NCBI GenBank assembly: GCA_036172245.1
Contig: JAYWIR010000008.1
Coordinates: 1,612,001-1,676,000, forward strand
Direction: 5' to 3'
Length of the DNA stretch: 64,000 bases
Source of the DNA: Raillietiella orientalis
Taxonomy: Eukaryota
Part shown: piece by piece, positions 59,651 through 64,000 of the stretch
Numbering within the stretch: the first letter of the stretch is position 1
Layout of the letters: each line of letters begins with the position of its first letter
Notes under the pieces: model-generated
What the model was told of the DNA's origin: nothing
Database searches by the model: none
Seen by the model: only the letters and a program-made list of their open reading frames with translations
Program-made: the position numbers and the translations under genes

Positions 59651-59899
59651 CAGAAAAGAAGGATTTCCATCATCCAAAAATTCCATCATGCAATCATTTT
59701 CCATGGAACGATGAGTGCATGTGCTCTTCAGCTTGATGTCAATCTTTCCTTAGCTCAGCACCAGGTCCATTAACCTCCGTTCCATGACCCACGAAAGCCT
59801 GACAACGAAATGTACTAAGGAAAACAAATGTTTACGTCCAACTTGCAGATTTCTCCAAGTTGGCTGGGCACCCGGAAGTTCAAAAATGCCTGTAGATGC

Positions 59900-60600
59900 C
59901 CGTAAAGATTATCTAGGGGCCAGGTACGCCTGCAGCGATAAAATGAGACTCATATTCTAAAGTGGGGATGGCTCAGGCGACCGTCGAGGAGCAGATTTCT
60001 GGACGAGCGCTGTTGTGGGAGAAAAGGAAATTCTCGCCTAGAGATCATTGGGGGAGCTATGGCAACGAGTCACGCTCATCCTGTTCTCACGCAACTGGTA
60101 TCCGCGTGGATTCTTTTGTGAAACCATGCAAGCAGAATGCTCCTCTGGTGTCCTGTCTACCGAATCATCCGTTTCAAGGAAGCAGGCATCCGTCTCTCTT
60201 GCAGGATATCTTCTGCAACGCATTTGATTTCCCAAAAGTGAGTGCTGCTTTCTTTGGCGAAGCAGCTGAGAAATCTGCCACAGCAAGGTCATACGGGACG
60301 CACGCTCCTGGAGTTTTGGGTAAATGAGCTCGTGAATCACCTTTGCTTCTTCCTCCATCCACTTTTGATGCGTTATCCACAACTCGCGGTGCGCTCAATC
60401 ATGCAAGCATCTCAAGCAGGCGTGATAATACATCCATTAAACCATTCTATCGAGGGAGCGCATCCATATTGGATAGCATTCCGGCATTCTAACCTTCGTG
60501 ACCAAATTTCCCCTCCTTTGCTATTATGTATCTTACATGTGTGTCATGGCAGGAAACTTGGTATTGTGTGCATGTAGAGCTTTTCTCCAGTCATTTCCTC
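59900..60600 (-). mobile_element. Decayed piggyBac-like transposase
   Basis: VRYIIAKEGKFGHE (cf. RQYIP.KPGKYGIK), then VIHELIYP...SRMTLLWQIS...HSLLG. Confidence 0.5.
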
Positions 60601-61064
60601 AATAACTTCCCCTGCGACGGTTATGATGATGATGATAGAGTAATGTTAATCAAATTCTATTATGACATAATTAATACTTTTTTTCCGTTCATACAGTAGG
60701 TCCCTGTATAACGTGGGAGGCACTCTCCGTGCTATGCGAGTTCTGTGGGCTACATGACGCTATTTCCAAATGGTCGTAAAATGTATCTTGGGCATTATAA
60801 CAGTAGAATATTTTACTCTTTCGTTTTGAGAAAAAAAAAAAAAAATGAAAAGTCTTTATTGCTACCTTTAAAGTCTTGCCGGCGTTGCTCCAATTGCAAA
60901 AAAAAAAAAAAAAGAACATCGCTACAGGCTCCACCGATCTCGTTGCTGAAAAAAGTATCATCCAGACCGGCATCTCCCAAACTTTTCCTATGAAGGAACA
61001 CTTCACAAATCCTGAAATTCTAACGGAATACCCTGGTTGTTTTGATAGAGTAGGTAGATATTAA

Positions 61065-61603
61065 TACAGTGCGCATCCGATGTAGTGACCTTTGATAAGA
61101 GCAAACTTTTGACGTAGGCAACCCTTGACGCAGTCAACATATTAAGCTTTCTGTCATTCGATGAAAGATACTCTTAAAGATGGGGAAAAATAAGAGGAAT
61201 TCACTGACCATTCAACAAAAGTTAGACATATTGAAAATTGAGTTGAATCTACCGATCGGCTATTTTACTGATGAATCTGACACATCCATTGCTACACGAT
61301 TGAATTCCATAATAAGGGAGAGGAAGTGTAGCGGATGACTCTGAGACTACGGGATGGGAGGAAGGAGAAAACGAAGGAAATCATGATCTGGATGCCATAA
61401 CGAATGCTACTGTGGAGCATGCAGAAGAAAATTGAGATGAGAGAGTGACCATGTTCAAAATTTGATACTGGCAAAGTTACTGACCACTCGTTCAAATCGG
61501 CTATGGAATAGTCGGAAAGTGCCTGCCTTCCTGTTCACCATCTCCTGAGAAGAACACGGGAGAAAGCAATTCGCGAAGAAGTTTGAATAAAATTTCATAC
61601 CGT

Positions 61604-61648
<45 letters not shown>

Positions 61649-61886
61649 TACCATACAGTATCATTCTTTTTACTTTTGCAATGCTACCAAGTTTGTTCAT
61701 TCGATTGTAAAAATGCATATTACTGCTCAAATATTTGGTTTCTTTTATTTCATTATCCAAAATTAAGTTTTCTTTTTTTTTTTAATTTCGACTACCCATC
61801 TCGATACAATCAACATTTTATAAAGGCAACAGCATTTCTAAAATTTCCATTCCAGCAAAGGTGTTCTATATCGAATGTGCACTGTA
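61065..61886 (+). mobile_element. Tigger/pogo (Tc1-mariner superfamily) internally deleted element
   Basis: TA target duplication (61065-66, 61885-86). Imperfect TIRs CAGTGCGCATCCGATGTAG / CAGTGCACATTCGATATAG. ATG at 61180 encodes MGKNKRNSLTIQQKLDILK, a CENP-B-type N-terminal HTH start; the DDE core is absent. Confidence 0.75.
61604..61648. repeat. (ATC)15 microsatellite
   Basis: Perfect trinucleotide run inside the Tigger-like element. Confidence 0.95.
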
Positions 61887-62070
61887 ATAAATAAATTAGG
61901 CAAGTAAATACAAGAGCTGAGAAAACAAAAGAAGCGTTTATGCTCAAATTTTAACTATGTAAAACAAAGCACACGAAAATAGCAAAATAAACCTTTTAGC
62001 ATTTAAAATGTATTAATTTTCATAATTTTCCACGGAAAACTTTCCGCGCAGCACACGTTCGGCGGGCAGT

Positions 62071-63432
62071 CCATGGGCCGATGTTCGGCGGAAGACGGGT
62101 GCTCGGTGGAGTGTCCATGGGCCGATGTTCGGCGGAACACGGGTGCTCGGTGGAGTGTCCATGGGCCGATGTTCGGCGGAAGACGGGTGCTCGGTGGAGT
62201 GTCCATGGGCCGATGTTCGGCGGAAGACGGGTGCTCGGTGGAGTGTCCATGGGCCGATGTTCGGCGGAAGACGGGTGCTCGGTGGAGTGTCCATGGGCCG
62301 ATGTTCGGCGGAAGACGGGTGCTCGGTGGAGTGTCCATGGGCCGATGTTCGGCGGAAGACGGGTGCTCGGTGGAGTGTCCATGGGTAGATTTTCGGCGGA
62401 AGACGGGTGCTCGGTGGAGTGTCCATGGGTAGATGTTCGGCGGAAGACGGGTGCTCGGTGGCGTGTCCATGGGCCGATGTTCGGCGGAAGACGGGTGCTC
62501 GGTGGAGTGTCCATGGGTCGATGTTTGGCGGAAGACGGGTGCTCGGTGGCGTGTCCATGGGTCGATGTTTGGCGGAAGACGGGTGCTCGGTGGAGTGTCC
62601 ATGGGTAGATGTTTGGCGGAAGACGGGTGCTCGGTGGAGTGTCCATGGGCCGATGTTCGGCGGAAGACGGGTGCTCGGTGGAGTGTCCATGGGTAGATTT
62701 TCGGCGGAAGACGGGTGCTCGGTGGAGTGTCCATGGGTAGATGTTCGGCGGAAGACGGGTGCTCGGTGGCGTGTCCATGGGCCGATGTTCGGCGGAAGAC
62801 GGGTGCTCGGTGGAGTGTCCATGGGTCGATGTTTGGCGGAAGACGGGTGCTCGGTGGAGTGTCCATGGGTAGATGTTTGGCGGAAGACGGGTGCTCGGTG
62901 GCGTGTCCATGGGTCGATGTTCGGCGGAAGACGGGTGCTCGGTGGAGTGTCCATGGGTAGATGTTTGGCGGAAGACGGGTGCTCGGTGGAGTGTCCATGG
63001 GCCGATGTTCGGCGGAAGACGGGTGCTCGGTGGAGTGTCCATGGGTCGATGTTTGGCGGAAGACGGGTGCTCGGTGGAGTGTCCATGGGTCGATGTTTGG
63101 CGGAAGACGGGTGCTCGGTGGAGTGTCCATGGGTCGATGTTCGGCGGAAGACGGGTGCTCGGTGGAGTGTCCATGGGTAGATGTTTGGCGGAAGACGGGT
63201 GCTCGGTGGAGTGTCCATGGGCCGATGTTCGGCGGAAGACGGGTGCTCGGTGGAGTGTCCATGGGTCGATGTTTGGCGAAAGACGGGTGCTCGGTGGAGT
63301 GTCCATGGGTCGATGTTTGGCGGAAGACGGGTGCTCGGTGGAGTGTCCATGGGTCGATGTTCGGCGGAAGACGGGTGCTCGGTGGAGTGTCCATGGGTCG
63401 ATGTTCGGCGGAACACGGGTGTTCGGCGGACA
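62071..63432. repeat. GC-rich 44-bp tandem minisatellite, ~31 units
   Basis: Unit CCATGGG(CC/TA/TC)GATGTT(C/T)GGCGGAAGACGGGTGCTCGGTGG(A/C)GTGT repeated head-to-tail with no spacers. Confidence 0.98.
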
Positions 63433-63499
63433 TGGTTCGGGGAACGCTGTTCTGGACTCACGATAGACCAAAACAGAATTCAACGTGAGTTTGCGAATT

Positions 63500-64000
63500 A
63501 TGCATTGTTTTTTTTGTTCTGGACAGATGAGAATAAAGAGGAAAGGAAAAACAGCTGTTTCGTTGCCGTAGCACAAAATTGAAAGTTTTTTAGCCGCAGC
63601 GTCGCACGGGTCGGACTGACCACACCATGCGAGGACAGCCGCCATTTTTTCTTCGTCGTGTTATGCACCAGTCTACTGGAGGTTCGTGCTTGTTTCAGCG
63701 ACATCGGGGTTTCCTTTTCGTTTGGCGCATCCAAAGATGACACAGCAAAATCGTCCTGCCACGCCCTGGTTTCATGCAAGACTGCTGCTCTGTAAGAACT
63801 GTTGCTTCTGCTACAAGCTGCACACGTACAAAATCCGAAGAATCTCATGATCTGCAAAGGTCAACGAAACCACAGTGCCTGCTTCAGCGGCTGCACGCTG
63901 AAGGCTGAACGCTTTGGACGGAACACACATCTAATCTCGCCGTGCATAATGCAAGATTACTCGGTGCATCCATCGACCACGGAGGACAAATCAGACACGA
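63500..64000 (-). mobile_element. Decayed piggyBac-like fragment, running off the window edge
   Basis: AWQDDFAVSSL (cf. WQDNK.V..LS) and LVHNTTKKK (cf. YNTTK.GVD). Confidence 0.45.

Noticed and set aside
62071..63432. CRISPR array
   Set aside because: Units are contiguous with no unique spacers, there are no cas genes, and the context is eukaryotic.
62003..63645. Three long overlapping minus-strand ORFs (476-541 aa)
   Set aside because: By-product of a stop-free 44-bp tandem unit cycling through all frames; no independent coding evidence.

Overview
Eukaryotic (arthropod-like) nuclear DNA. An AT-rich genic core (~14.3-40.5 kb) holds two minus-strand spliced genes. One is scribble (LRR + LAPSD + 4 PDZ; 34 exons traced by hand, 5085-nt CDS, ~1694 aa). 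The other is a TMEM184B-family transporter (~428-433 aa). Most of their introns are only 33-51 nt. The GC/CpG-rich flanks (1-14 kb, 41-64 kb) show no credible host gene. Read by eye, they are a dense mosaic of more than 20 heavily decayed piggyBac-type transposase relics. They also contain one hAT (GTF2IRD2/Buster-like) relic, a Tigger/pogo deletion derivative, a degenerate 28S rRNA fragment, an almost perfect 821-bp inverted repeat, an inverted partial copy of the scribble 3' end and a 31-unit 44-bp minisatellite. The most unusual signal is that non-functional copies of known sequences are strongly shifted A/T->G/C relative to their sources, alongside many long homopolymers. This suggests a compartment-specific mutation/repair regime. 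Transposon-relic calls rest on by-eye motif recognition with approximate boundaries and need HMM confirmation.
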